From Lingula anatina (Eukaryota > Animalia > Brachiopoda): a stretch of 64,000 bases of DNA. The stretch covers positions 18,480,848 to 18,544,847 of the forward strand of contig CM120643.1 in NCBI GenBank assembly GCA_051362555.1. Reading direction: 5' to 3'. Under the pieces are notes generated by a model. The model worked only from the letters and a program-made list of their open reading frames with translations. It was not told where the DNA came from and did no database searches. The translations under genes were made by a program, and so were the position numbers. Below are positions 12,545-26,442 of the stretch, one piece after another (positions within the stretch are counted from its first letter, which is position 1; each line of letters starts with the position of its first letter).

Positions 12545-13803
12545 GTGAGTTGACTTTTTATACTCGTCTAGTTTCTATTTTCAAAAAGTGAAAGAGCATT
12601 TCTTTTATTCTATGGGGCATGCTTAAAGTAGTTCTCACATGGAAGATGACAGCAGTATCATGGAAACTGTGATAAAACATCTCAAAAAGTCACAGTGGTT
12701 CTACCAAAGGACCTAGTCATTAGAGATGAATTCTGCTTCAGAGATTGACATTTTCTCCTTAATAACCACTCGATGTTCTGTACCCGAGGCTCATTGCTAA
12801 TAAGCTAAAAGGGGAAAATGAAATGTCCTCTTTTATGGTGAGCTGTAACTGATTTCTCTTGTTATTCATCGGCGTATTGCCTTAACGGTATGATCTCGGT
12901 GTAATAAAGCATTAAGTAATAGCCCTTTGATCAATCATTTGGTGTTAGCGAATGCATTTCTCTAGTAATATCCAAGTTGGTATGTTCTGTGAAACCAGCT
13001 ATATTCACTATCTGAGAAATGACTGGCGCCTGACTCGACTAGTATACTTGCTCAAGTCCTATTTAGATGTTAACTCTTCTTCGACTTGAATAAATCCAGA
13101 TCGTGTTGGCCGGTTTACGAAGATTATCAGCAATCCAATTGATTAATTAAGTTATTACAGTTTTTACATATCTGTCATTTAGAAAATGCATAACAAGCTT
13201 AACAGATTACAATGGCCACTCACATGACCACTTGTAGCTGGGTGGAAGTAGTCGGTACTGTCCCGAGTTTTTCGTCTCAAGCACTTATTCACGTTTTCTG
13301 TCTTTATATTGAAATTTAAAAGAATAAAAAAAATCTCGAGTAAGATTGCTACAGAGGGTGATACTTAGAGGAGTAGCTTTGACGAATGATCAAGACGTAA
13401 ACAGAGTGAATTGAGCAAGACAGATGTCTCGAGGCTGCTGGCCCGAGGTTCCAAGCCTGAGCGTAAAACGTCACTTATTCCACCATGCCCTTTCCCGTGG
13501 AATAAGGCGTTGAAATGCAAGCTTCTGTTTTCCCCCGTATTGTTCACCTGTTTGCACACACTAGTAACCTTGTTATGAAAATGATCGCCCTGCTTTTCCT
13601 GTCGACTTTTCACGCGTACAATGCCAAACCGTTAAGTTGTTTGATTAGTCAGACTAAGGAATTTGGTCTCAAACGCACTGCCTCTAACAGCGTTTTTAGG
13701 CATTTAGGGCCATTCTAAAAACAAGAGGCACTTGTGGATATAGGGATATGAAAAGGGAGGGGACACAAAGATATTTTCCCTAGAGAACTGTAATGGAGTT
13801 GAA

Positions 13804-15328
13804 AATAAAGGGAACCAGAGAAGATCAGCATTGGTCAGAATTGTGCCGGAAGTGACGTGCAGTGGTGTTAGAAACGAAGCTGAGTGGTCATTTTAACATA
13901 GAGGTGAACGGCAGTGAAGACGGGTTGTCGGAGGAAAAAGAAGTTTTCTAAACAACATGGTAAGATAACACTTTTTCTTTACGCATTTTGGGCAGAGAAA
14001 ACTTGTAGAAATAATAAATGCATGATATGAAAACGTGACACGGAACTTGAAGGTGCAAAATCGTGCTTAATTGGCGGTCAACTTGTTTTAAAATGAATGC
14101 TGCATCGACCGCCATTGCGACAAAGAGTGTAAATGGAAAATAATTCCCGGGAGGCTGTAAATCGTTGCCATGTGGAAATTTGGCATTAATATAATCCGAT
14201 ATGTCCATATCTAAGTATTTTTGGGGTGTATGAGCTGCAATTAGAACGAAGTTTTAGAGGTCTTGAAGGACCTTGTGAAAACAAGGAAGTAGTTCGTAAC
14301 TAACAAGTGAAATGTACCGATCTCCGACTGCTGTGCACAGCTGTATCTTTTTTTCAATATATTGACGAATTTTTGTCACAGGACAAATAAAACATTTCAC
14401 TGACAAGATCTTCCCAAAAAGACAAAAAGAGAATTCAGGTGAGCTGACAGGTAATTAAGACTAGCTCAAAGTACTAATAATTGACATTATTATGCAATAC
14501 TCAGTTGGTAAAACGATTCTCACAGGTAGATAACATGTAACATGACCAATGTCTATAGGCTAATGATTGCCAGCCTGAGGAAATTGATTGCCAGTCTCTT
14601 TTGTCAGTGATTTTTAACTCAGATAAGAGGCTGTCAGAATGTCACCTTTGTCTTGGCATTTGTCACTGATTAGCGCCTTCCCCAGTGTAAAAGGTATATC
14701 AGTGTGATCATGTGTGTGGAATTTCATGCCAGATGGACATATAAAGATCTAAAAATTCGTCAATATATTAAAAAAAAGATACAGCTGTGCACAGCAGTCG
14801 GAGATCGGTACATTCCACTTGTTAGTTACGAACTACTTCCTGGTTTTCACAAGGTCCTTCAAGACCTCTAAAACATCGTTGTAATTGCAGCCCATACCAC
14901 AAAACACCCAAAAATACTTAGATATGGACATATCGGATTATATTAATGCCAAATTTCCACATGACAACGATTTATAGACTCCCGGGAATTATTTCCCCTT
15001 TACCCTTTTTGTCGCAATGGCGGTCGACGCAGCATTTATTTCTAAACAAGTTGACCGCAAATTAAGCACGATTTTGCACCTTCAAGTTCCGTGTCACGTT
15101 TTCATATCATGCATTTATTATTTCTACAAGTTTTCTCTGCCCAAAATGCGTAAAGAAAAAGTGTTATCTTACCATGTTGTTTAGAAAACTTCTTTTTCCT
15201 CCGACAACCCGTCTTCACTGCCGTTCACCTCTATGTTAAAATGACCACTCAGCTTCGTTTCTAACACCACTGCACGTCACTTCCGGCACAATTCTGACCA
15301 ATGCTGATCTTCTCCGGTTCCCTTTATT
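13804..15328. mobile_element. Foldback / long-TIR non-autonomous DNA transposon
   Basis: Near-identical inverted arms 13804-14374 and 14751-15328 (~570 bp) around a 376-bp spacer. Ends are TA|AAGGGAACC...GGTTCCCTT|TA. No credible ORF. Confidence 0.9.
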
Positions 15329-16311
15329 ACTTGATTTTGTTTCGTTTACCTCATAATACTTCTTTATTTTGGCAGGGGGGGGGGGGAGAGGGGGAACGGT
15401 GAACCTCAGAAATTAAAGGCACCCGCCGTGCCCTCTCTTAGGGCCATCATTGAGAGGGGATGATACAGGGTGATTCAGGGATATGTTGACACTGTCGTAG
15501 ACTTCCGCGTATTGGGGCGTATCGACGGCGCATTACGTGGCAGAAAACCGGACATGATGAACGGGGCCGGAACCTAAAAGAATGTTCGGAACATTTGCGT
15601 TTACTTTTAGCAATGTGTGGATACGTTCCGAGTTCTCAGTCAGAAAGACCACCCTCTGTCCATTATAATTTTCGCTTTGTGTGAAAAAACAAAAAAAAAG
15701 GTTTTGATGATGAGACAAATTTGGAAGTCGATGCATGGATTGATTTAAAAGAAGCTAATTTTTAAACTTTAACTTTAAAATTTGAAATTAGTATACACAC
15801 ATAAAGCTGCAGCGAAGATTGAAAGAGGACTCTACACTCATAACTGGTTTAATCATTCCCTTTTCAAAATCTTTTGCAAAATATATTGTTACAGTTCAGC
15901 AGCCAAATCATGTAGACGGCAGTTTTAGTTTAAGAATAAGCCAGCTGTTTATACTGTGCTGTAGATAGGGACTGCTGGAAGGAATATCAGCGGTCTTTGC
16001 TTTACCATTGATTAGACTTGACACTTTGAGAGACAGTCGCAGTATGGCATCCACTCACCACGGCTATATAAGCCACATACAATACGGTCCGTGTATGAGG
16101 GGCAATGTGATTGGCACTGTCAGGCAATAAGCAGTGACCTTTTTCCCATGTCACTTTGTCAAACTCTGATATTGGTTTTGGTTTTGATTAAATTAGTATA
16201 GTAGACTGCCTTCCGTGAGTAGAGCAGCTGCTAAAGAATTGGCTACCAAGAGTTTGTTGTGTCTTTACTTGCTGTATTGGTTATGTAATGTGTTGTGATG
16301 ATTATGCTTAC

Positions 16312-16392
<81 letters not shown>

Positions 16393-16394
16393 TT

Positions 16395-16622
16395 TGTTTT
16401 AATTTATTTTCATTTTCTGAAGAAATGTTACTCACCCCCTCATTCATTGTACATGAACATGATAGATGGCAGTACATTGTGAAATACTTATAACAATATA
16501 TATATACATATATATATATGTTTTAGTTTATTTTCATTTTCTGAAGAAATGCTACCCACCCCCTCATACATGGACCCATGACCATGATGGATAGCAGTAC
16601 ATGGTGAAATACTGATAACAAT
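16395..16622. repeat. Local tandem duplication, ~124-bp period, each copy preceded by a microsatellite
   Basis: TTTATTTTCATTTTCTGAAGAAATG.TAC.CACCCCCTCAT....GATAG..GCAGTACAT.GTGAAATACT occurs twice. Confidence 0.8.
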
Positions 16623-16669
16623 GATAAAACACGTCTCGACTGTATTTCTAACGTAATTACAGCCCGCTA

Positions 16670-17350
16670 GAGAGTTCCACTGGTGAGAGAGTCTGCGTTT
16701 CCTCCGAGAGACGGATTCACACATATGTACATTACTGGATGTATGTCGTTGAACTTAGTAAATTGAAATATGTCAAATGTTTGGAGAATATATGTGTTTT
16801 CCCTCCCAGGCTCTTTGGGTTTCATGGTGCACTGATTCCAATACTATTTACTGGCAAATGTATTTATTTTGTCCTTAATGTGTAAACGGCGAATGTTAGT
16901 GTTCGCAGGGTCACGCCTCGTGAGATCTTCTAATTAATGACGGTCAGCATCTACTCCCTAACCACCACTTGGATTCCCCGGAATTGACGGGAACATCCAA
17001 GAATGACTTATGTCTACCTCACATGCCCGTTACACACGTAGGCGTACCACCCTGAGTGCAAATTTTAATTGTGATCACTCTTACTCCACGACAGCATTTA
17101 GTTTAGGCTGTTTTCTCCGTACAGTCAGCCATGTGACACACAGGGTGAGGGTTTGAGCCATGTGAATCACATGGAAAGAAAAATGACTGCACTTGTTCAG
17201 AGATGAAGAAAAGCGAGACATTTCCCTCCGAGGGACGGGGCCAAATGCCATGGCAAATTTGAGGGAGCACAGCTTGACGATGTAAAGTGGTGGAGGAAAA
17301 AAGATGTCTATCATGACACTGCAGATGTTCTTCCTTTTTGTCATACATCC
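16670..17350 (-). mobile_element. Highly decayed CR1/L2-like LINE fragment
   Basis: Minus-strand remnants AVLPQ..FGPVP (GVPQG..LGP-like), WLTVRRKQPKLNA (W..N.L.LN-like) and QWNSLA (WNSLP-like), in the expected order. Confidence 0.3.
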
Positions 17351-17545
17351 GGACATGTGACACGACAAGGAAGATTTAGAATAAAAGAAGAAAGTAAAAT
17401 GAAGGCATTATTGGCAATAGTGCTTTTGTTATCTCTACTGCATATTCGTATCACATTTCATAATTTTTAGTGTAAGGAAAGAAAGGGAGAGAGGGAGATC
17501 GAAAGATTTGAATGTAGAGAACACCATTAAAAATCAGGTAGCACA

Positions 17546-17632
<87 letters not shown>

Positions 17633-17959
17633 TAGAGAGGCATATGAATTTGACGAAAGTATAATTTGAAGAAGTCTAATATGAAAGCATGCATGAACTT
17701 ATGCTGGAACCCTTGTCGAGATCCTTTCTTTCGAATATCCATAAAAATTCCTTGCCGGGATTTATGTTCTTTATTGTACGCTAACAGTGAAAACTGATAC
17801 CACTGTTTTAAATTGACCAGTTAAATTGAAGGCATTTCAGATGCACATTTGGAAAGTCGGGTTTATGACAAGCTTTGTTCTCACTTTCAGTTTTAAAAGT
17901 TCACATTTGCGTTGAACCGTGAACCCGTTGTTTTGATGGAGCCAATGTTGACAGAGCAT

Positions 17960-18070
17960 ACTCTCATGGGCCTACCCTTATTTCATTGTCAAGTCAGTTC
18001 CACGGCACTTACAAAATGGAACTCTCTAGAGGGTTGTTTTCCGGCTCATTATTTCCCATATACCACAATG
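17960..18070 (+). mobile_element. LINE (CR1-like) 3' ORF2 remnant
   Basis: STALTKWNSLEGCFPAHY resembles the T..LWNSLP..FP..Y C-terminal motif of CR1-clade ORF2. Confidence 0.35.
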
Positions 18071-21000
18071 AAATTTTGCTTTTCAGTGAAGGATATATGT
18101 ATAGACTTCGTTTTTATCTCATATCATATCTGTCATCTGTGCTACATGTACTATAGATATGTGTGTGTGGGGGGGGGGGTCTTTTTCACATTATGTGAAA
18201 TGGAAAGTTACTGACCACCAGTATGTTTGGATATGCTACTTAGGGTGGTGTAACTACAGTACTTCATACGTGTACTACTGTCTGTAGTGTGACAAAAAGA
18301 AAGATGCGAAGCGTGGAGAGTTTTTGTTTTCGAGAGAGAGAGAGAGAATGATAATAATAATACACTTACAATTATACACTTATTTTTGTACTTATTCTTC
18401 AAGCAATTCTTTGTCTGTACTCCTCTAAAAATCAGCTTTGGACACCCGTCTCAATTTCTGATACGTGTTTCGCTTTGATGACTTTTCACGAATGAGCACC
18501 CAATTGCTGGTTTGTCTGTTTGCAGAAATAACGCCTGGGTTTCAAATACGATGTGGTCCAGCTCGTAATATTTTTCAGTTTTCCGTTAAGCGTTCACACA
18601 TGGACATTTAAAAATGAAAGACGCTGGCAAACATCGGATCTGAATCTCAGAGAAAAACTTCAAAGTCGTCTGTGGAATTCTAGGCAGTAGAATTCCTAAT
18701 CATTTTACTTTGTCTAAGCGAGAATTCTCTGTTTATTTTTTGTGCATTTCAGAATTGTTCACGTTCTTATTGAACTTCTACAAGCCTGTTATTTAAACTG
18801 AGCACCGTCGTTGCGACTTCATGTCAGCTTATTTATTTCCACACACGTATTGTCCATTACACTGAAAAGAAGTGTTATGCGAGGTTATTCTAGGTTATTT
18901 ATTTCATGCACTCATTTTCCTGGTATTCGGTAATCCAGTGAAGGTTTTTTCCTGACTTATTTATCATCCATTTAATGGTTTTGTACGACCTACAAGCATT
19001 TTTTGTTGTAACGATGCCAGAGTGCTTTTCTTACATGTATCACAACAAGTTCCCTCTCGAGACCCTGTCCTGGCTTAAGGCCTATTTATGTACCTCACGG
19101 TAGCAATACTATTGAAAGTAGCCGCAGACGATGGTAATATCGGCATATGACATCTCCTACGTGTTCATCGTAAAAAACACGGCTATTCAAGGGGCTATAC
19201 CTAAATTTATGTTCATCACTAAAGGACCCAGAATGAGTAGAGGATGACAAGAAGTGTTAAAATGCTTTCACAGTACCCCCCTTCCACCCACCGCGCCGTA
19301 ATCACTGCATGTGAGAGTGCTGAGCTCTGTTATAGAGAATGCATTCCTGATGATTGGAAGCTCTGATGTAGTGGGTTTATTCATCTCCGTACATAATAAC
19401 CATGTAACACTGTACAGCAGAGCTGTGTCGAAGAGGGTTTGAATCTGGCATTGCAGAGCTCCGTTGTAAAATGTTTTTTGTAGAACACCATTGTAGCAGG
19501 TTTGTGCTTTATATTACAAAGCTCTGTTGAAAAAGATTTGTCCCCGTTTTACTGGTATTGAAGAACTCTGTCGTTGAGGGTTTCTTTGTATTCCGTTACC
19601 AACAACCTGTATCGTTCACAAGTTTTCCCCACATCCGAAACACTAATTCCATTTTGTTCTACGAGCAAGACCGAAATCCCTTGTTTCCATTTAATTGAAT
19701 ATTCTTCTTTTAACGTCTGTTGATTAGCTCGTCTTCAGCGTCTTTAGATTATCGAAATGGATATAAAAGAGCAAATCTAATTGGAACAACCCATAGGGAC
19801 ATTTTTTGCTTTATATTAAGATACAAGGATCTGTTTTGCAAAAGGACTTAAGCCGTCGAAATTTTTAGACCCTAATTATAGTCCGCTTTGGTCAGAGGTT
19901 AGCCATAAATAGTCTAATTGAGGAAGTGTTGGGTCTGAATTATACAAAGAAAAAAGGATGATATTTTATAGCAGTATTCACTTCATTTAAGTAGTCTACA
20001 ATGGCTTTATCTTTAAGTGAAATAGAACAAAGTTTTGTCTGAAATTTAAGACCAATTTTTGTGTAAAGTTCCGTTGTAAAACCGGTTTCAGTTGTTACTT
20101 ATATCCAGGGAATCGTCTTATATTCTAAAAATTGGGGCATCACGCGTCTTAAGTAACTCTACACGTGTAACAATCGATCTTTGATAAAATTATTAATACC
20201 CCGTGTACTTAATTGAACATTTTACCATTCCGAGGGCGCTTCAGTTCACCACGGGGTTATTCAACTGACTATTAGCGTTAAATTCAAATGGTTGTTGTAC
20301 ATGACTTTTAACTGCAACAGGCTTTTGGATTAATAGCATTTCGTTACTTCGGAGCGTAGGCCTATAGAAGTAATATCGTTTGCAATTTATTCCAAGTTGG
20401 TTTATGTGAACATTTTATGGTTTTCTTTTATATCGGGCATATTTTCGGTATTAAAGCCGTGTGGAGAGTTTTATGAAATCCTGAAAATGAACACACTGCT
20501 TTGGTTTATGTTCACCCGTTGTCCAAACTGCATACGCGTTCTTTTATATCGCACTTATTTTGGTTATAAAAAAGCCATGTGTAAAGTCGTAGAAATTCTT
20601 GGTAACCAACAAACTGCTTTTCACACCTCCCAAGTTGACAAACCACTCAGTGCGTTTTTCAACCATAAAAGGATGATTTGTTGATTGTCTTTCGCCTCAC
20701 CGTAAATCAGACCGCCAATTTATTAAAGAAACAAAGGTTGCTACTTTTTTGTAGTCCGGTACAGTATTTTCCCAAATACAACTCACCGAAAACGCGCCTT
20801 CTGTGCATTTCCTAATGATCTTGGCCTATTCATTATGGGTTCTGGCTATTGGCTCGTCTTAGAAATACGATTGGGTCGGATGATAACAAGCCGACGGGTG
20901 ATAAAAGTGATGGGATTTCAGTACTGCTGTAGGTATTTGCGTTTAATTTGTTTCCTTGTCGATCCAAGATTCTTTTCAAGAGTCAAGTGCCGTCATGAAA

Positions 21001-22450
21001 TAACCCCGAGTAATATCCGAGCGCTGTCCCGCGCTTTCTCGATTTCACCGAGAAATATAATCTTCTTGGCAAATCTCTAATTGGCTATTTTATTGAGGGA
21101 AGTGCCAGAGCATCTTGCTCGATTCGAAGCGGAGTGTCCTGAATCACCCTGAATACGCCAGTGCGGAAAGTGACAACGATGAAGTGTTTTGTAAGCTATA
21201 ATTGATTGTCATCATTATATTAATAAGTTGAAAAAAAAAAAAAAACAGAATTGAACAAGAGTGCATTTAAGATGTTAGCTCAGCATGCGAATGATCAGAA
21301 AAAAGTGAAAAAACATAAATCACATTTTTGGCCAAAAGAAGGTATTCCCCTACGTTCAACCAGCGCTTAAAATTACAGGAATTTCCAATAAGGTTGGTAA
21401 TCAGGTTATTTCCGCAATTTTGTTTTGTCACAGTTAAAAATAGCTGTCAGAAGTAATATCACTCCTCATCATTTGTACATGTATGATCATTGTGACTGCA
21501 AGAGATCAAAGAGAGTTGTGGGAATCTCAGTAAGGCAGCTAGGATATATTTACCGACAGAAATGGGCAGTGCTTCGATACCCTGGGTACATGTTCTGTCC
21601 TTCAAACATTGCTTATACTTTAACTCTGATACAAGTGCTGTCCTTCGAAAGCACTTCGAGGCTATCCTGTCGAAGATCGCTTAGAAAATATTAATACTCA
21701 GGGTACAAATTCTGTCTCATGCGTACAGCTGGGAACAACTAGCATTCATATAAATAAACAGCAATTCACCGTTTGGAGATGAGGGCAAAAACAACGCACA
21801 AATTTAGCCTTTCCGAATTTCAGGGAAAAACTGTGTTTCAAAGAAATAATTCTGGTTGTCCTTACCGCGATAGGTGAATGGCACTCGAAACTCAGGGAGA
21901 ATGTCATGGATAAATGGAGAGAATTATATTACCCTTTCAGTGACAGCGGGATTAAAACTGTGTGATTGGGAAAAAATTGGCCACTGTCGTGTATTCTGAT
22001 TTAATATCAGTTTCCATAATTTGACTCTTGAAAATTGCCTTACGCTGTTAAGTGTGGCAGAATCTTTTGAAAAAACTCCGGCAAATTTGAAAAAATTGGA
22101 AAGGGAGATTAGAATGATTGTATTTAAGTCTTGTGACTGTAACAACCTTTGCAATTTCCAAAAATATTATTACCAATAAAAGAAAAAAACTTATTTTAAA
22201 GGTATAAAGGAAATTTTATGTTATATATTTGAAGCCCACGACCAATTTAGAAGCACAAATATAATACCATTATGATGTTAAGGATGACCTCCATAGAATA
22301 CAATGAAATGGTTTAGCTGAACAGTCATTTGGTCAAATCTGAGGTCTCAGCGGTTATAGCGAGAAAAGGAACCCCTGCTCCTGACGGTACTTAATGAGCC
22401 CATTGTATTTATACGTACATGTTCTTATTTGCCCATCGTGAGACAAGGGA

Positions 22451-22730
22451 GAGATAACTGAAAGGCCGTTTATTTTTGGCGAGATGATAGACATAATTGC
22501 TGATTTTACAGTAAAGCACCTGTATGATTAGGGACACTCAAGTGTGTGTGTGCGTGTGTGTGTGTTTGTATGTGCGTGTATGAGAGAGAGAGATAATTGA
22601 AAGGCCGTTTATTTTTGGCGAGATGATAGGCATAATTGCTGGTTTACAGTAAAGCACCTGTATGATTAGGGAAACTTAAGTGGGCGTGAGCGTGCGTGCG
22701 TGTGTGTGTTTGTATGTGCGTGAGAGAGAG
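22451..22730. repeat. Tandem duplication, 139-bp unit ending in (TG)n(GA)n
   Basis: GAGATAA.TGAAAGGCCGTTTATTTTTGGCGAGATGATAG...CAGTAAAGCACCTGTATGATTAGGGA at 22451 and 22590. Confidence 0.9.
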
Positions 22731-24184
22731 CGGAAGTAGGAACACCAATGCCCTGTAAGCTTTCCCTTGCACGCCTTCACTCGAAAAGTAAAGACTGTAA
22801 TTTGCGCGTGAATAAACCAAAACTGTGAACACAAATTGTCCATTGCAAAAGTCGATTTTTTACGTAAGGCGAACCAGACGTAGCTGCTACCTGTTTGTTT
22901 GCTCTCACTTATAAATTAAGCACGCCAGAGACAGAGCGTGTTTATAAATATATGGTTATATTTATCCAATACAAATCGAATTTTCGGCAGATCATACTCG
23001 TATACGTGTGCAGTACAGTTTTGATGTCAACTTTACAATTAAGGTACAATAATTTCTGGCAGTGGAACATACAGCAAAGAACGAACAAACATAACAAATG
23101 GCAATGGCACAAAATGAAATTAAAGACAAATGCAAAACGTATATTGTAATTCAGAAATAGCATTGAAAATCTGTGGTGCATTGCAAGAAATGAACACTAA
23201 GGTAGGCGATTTCCCGTTGTTGTGAGAAAATCTCTCCCCTTCAATACATTGCTGTGCCTTTGCTGCACACATGTATGTACAATATATGTCATGCGATGAT
23301 GTATTTCTAAAAAAAAAAAAAAACACAGAAACGTTGTTGTGGTTGCTGAAGAACAAACTCAGTCGTCTGGTCAAATATAATGTCAGCTCATCACAGCTGC
23401 AGCTTCGTTCACCACCTGCGTGAGATGTTTTATAAATAAGTAAAACGATAGTCAGCGTTCTCCTCTGTATAAACAAGGTGTATTTATATTATCTGCTGTA
23501 TTTACACACCGTTCACATATAGCAATAGATTCCTATAGCCTGCTGTTTGGTGCACAAAAAAGGAGCCATGGTAGCCTACTGCGGTAGAGACTTTAGATAG
23601 TATTTGACTTTTGCGATAGAGAATTGTGAAAAAAGTTTTTTTCTTAATTGAACAAGAAAAGTTAATTATATTACCTATTGTAGTAAGAAGCTTTGTGACA
23701 GGTAGGTAAAATTCCGCAATAGGGCACGCAAATATGCAATTCATTGGACAGATGACACAAAGAAAATTAGGATTTTCCTGGATATGGTCTCTTTGATTCA
23801 CCCCCCCCCCCAAAAAAAAAAAAAAAAAAAGATAAATAAACATAAAAACAGAATCGACCCGCGACCCACGCCCCAGTTTCTCTCACCAGCTTTGCGTCAA
23901 TATTTCATGTAGTTGAGTCAATTTGGAATTTCATCTTAGGAAGCATCAATACTTCAATAGTTTAGCATGTTCTCTCCTGTCAGCAGAGCTGTAAGTTCAA
24001 GACACCGAAGACGCTGGAACAGATGCTCTGACCTTCGCCTCTCTTTGATGTTCCCATTAAGGATCATCAGGTGGCCGCTGAAGGCACGCTCGGAGATAGG
24101 ATATACACCTGTTTAACGGGATGAGCAATCCGACGGCTGAGTGCCCAGATTCGAAGATAACCCCCGCCTCTTTGCAATTACGGG

Positions 24185-24500
24185 GAAGAAAGAAAGATGG
24201 GGCTATCTCAGAATCTTGGAACCTTCATTTCTTTTCAATCACAAGAAAGAAAGAATTAAAGGAAGAAAGAAAGAAGGGGCTATCTCAGATTCTTAGTACT
24301 CACTGCTCTTATCAATCACAAGAAAGAAAGAAAAAGGGGATCATCTCAGAATCTTAGAGCCCTCACCTCTTTTCAATCTCAAGAAAAAGAAAAAGGGTCT
24401 GTTTCAGAATGCTTGACTCTTGCATTTTTCCTAATCACAAGAAAGTAATAACCCTACTTGTACCTCAGAACTCATTTTCCAGTCTCATGAAAGAAAGACG
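24185..24500. repeat. Degenerate minisatellite, ~55-75-bp unit, about 5 copies
   Basis: Recurring AAGAAAGAAAG..GGGGCTATCTCAGAATCTT...TTTCAATCAC. Confidence 0.75.
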
Positions 24501-25320
24501 GTACATGTAGCTTTCACGAAATACTAGAAAACTACCATACCGTTGTCGTTGTACATGTATGAGGACCGGTCTGCCATATGTACTAAGCACAGAAGTTGAG
24601 AGAGAGAGAGAGAGGGGGGGGGGGGGGGTAGGGGAGGAGGAAGAAAGAGCTTGGAGTACTCGTGTTTATCATGGATTACATGGCTTTCCCAAATTAATAT
24701 GTCACAGAGAGAGAGAAATCATTGAACATTGGTGATTTTCTCGAATTTCGTGGCTATCCTAGATCTACATCCCCAAGAGATCATCCTTAAGACCCCTCCC
24801 ATCGTGAACTTATGATTAGATTGGTCTGTCAGCGCTCTTCCGGAAGGAGCAGTCTTCGATTTGTCGACGTTTTCTCTGCTGACAGCGAGGGTTAAGAATG
24901 TTGATACTGAGGATAACTCGATTTGAAATTTATTTGTATCCAAACACTGTTTTTAGCGGTAATAAATCAACGTCTCGGAAGTTCAAATTGACTTGATTTG
25001 AAGGCAGTTTATAGTTTTGTAATATGATAACATGATATGAATGCCATCGAGAGAGAGAGAGGGAGAGAGAGAGATTGAGAGAGAGAGAGAGAGAGAGAGA
25101 GGAACAGACGAATAAAGAGGGGGAAAGATGAATGGATCATTAATGGCCACAGAGATGAACGTTCAGTGAAAGCGAAGAGCAAATAGAAAGAATGGACGAA
25201 CACTCAGTACAGGTTGGAAACATTTCAGACGATCATTTCATGCATGCACGAAATGTCGATCAAGGGACGTAATTAAATTTGAACGCATGGCTAGCTTTGT
25301 TCAATTCAAAAATCACTTTT

Positions 25321-26442
25321 TATGTACAGACACATCGTGTCTGTGCATTAAGCTATCACCTGTTTCTGTCGTCCCCACCGTCGCCATGCACTTTCAGACA
25401 TAGAACGGTAGAACAGCTTCACTTTTTGTCTCCAAATTTACAAAAATTAATGAATATTCATAAAATACGCGTCGAGTTTAAGAATCAACTTGATAGGACC
25501 ATTTTTTGAAAAATTATGCTGTTTCTTTTTCGACATATTTTGAAAATTAAATTATTGGAAACATTGCTAGAAAAGGAATTATTGGAAACATTACTAGAAA
25601 AGCCTGACCGAAAGCGATATCTGGAGAATTCGAATATGACCTTGGATTTGACCTACATTGCAAGGTCTAGGCCTAACTTTTGTAAAAAAAAAAATTCTGT
25701 TTAAAAAATTGTTTATGCTGATTTAATTTGACATCATGGGGGCAGTAGTTGCACTTGGGGTCTCCTTTCATTATCCTGAGTTTGGGGTCAATCAGTGCAT
25801 TATCACTGGAGAAACAGCCATTAGATGCCGAAACTGAAAACTCCTTCTAGTTCTGGGACCTTAAACGCTAAGGACCTTTTGTTTGTTGCATTTTGTAGAG
25901 TTTGTCAAGTGCAACATTGTAAGTGGTGTTGGTTTTTTGTTTTCCACACAGTGTAGGAATTTCGCCATTTCAAAAAGGAGAACGTCGCAATGCTCCATGG
26001 TGAGGAATTTTCAAAAGAAAATGTGAAATATTCCAAAACTAGCAGAGATACACCCATAGAGAACTTGAATAGGAAATCATAGATTGGACATCTTAATGTG
26101 ACCTTGAATTTGACCTTTGTCGTACCTTTCCACATAGAATGCACTTCAAATATTTACCATCCCCTATTTCTCCATAACTTAAACAGATAAATCCATAGCT
26201 ACCATTTAACTAGAATGAGCTCTATTTCGCTGGTGATACAATGTACAATATCTAGCAGCGGTATCGCCGTTCTGATCCTCTAGTCTCAATATCCTTCTTA
26301 CCTGTTGTGTATAATTAAAATTTGGTGCTGAATTTTCTGCTAGGCATTATGCAATTTTGCATCAAAATTAACAATGAAACCTATTTTGTGCATCATTCTT
26401 TTCTGCTTTTTGTCTGTACGTTTGACAGCTTTGCTGCTTTGT
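25321..26442 (+). mobile_element. Diverged Helentron-associated (HINE/DINE-1-like) non-autonomous element, copy D
   Basis: Starts with the subTIR+IR palindrome TATGTACAGACACATCGTGTCTGTGCAT, followed by a decayed GTC/GCC tract and a degenerate monomer (ATGAATATTCATAAAATACGC..). Ends TGTCTGTACGTTTGACAGCTTTGCTGCTTTGT, the reverse complement of the left ends of copies A and B. Confidence 0.8.

Noticed and set aside
19320-19600. Loose recurrence of (A)GAGCTCTGT
   Set aside because: Too degenerate to define a unit; likely an old minisatellite of no special interest.
15466-21151. 14-bp inverted match CAGGGTGATTCAGG (15466-15479 and 21138-21151) resembling mariner-type TIRs
   Set aside because: The match is short, the right copy is not followed by TA, and nothing between them looks like a transposase; probably independent fragments.
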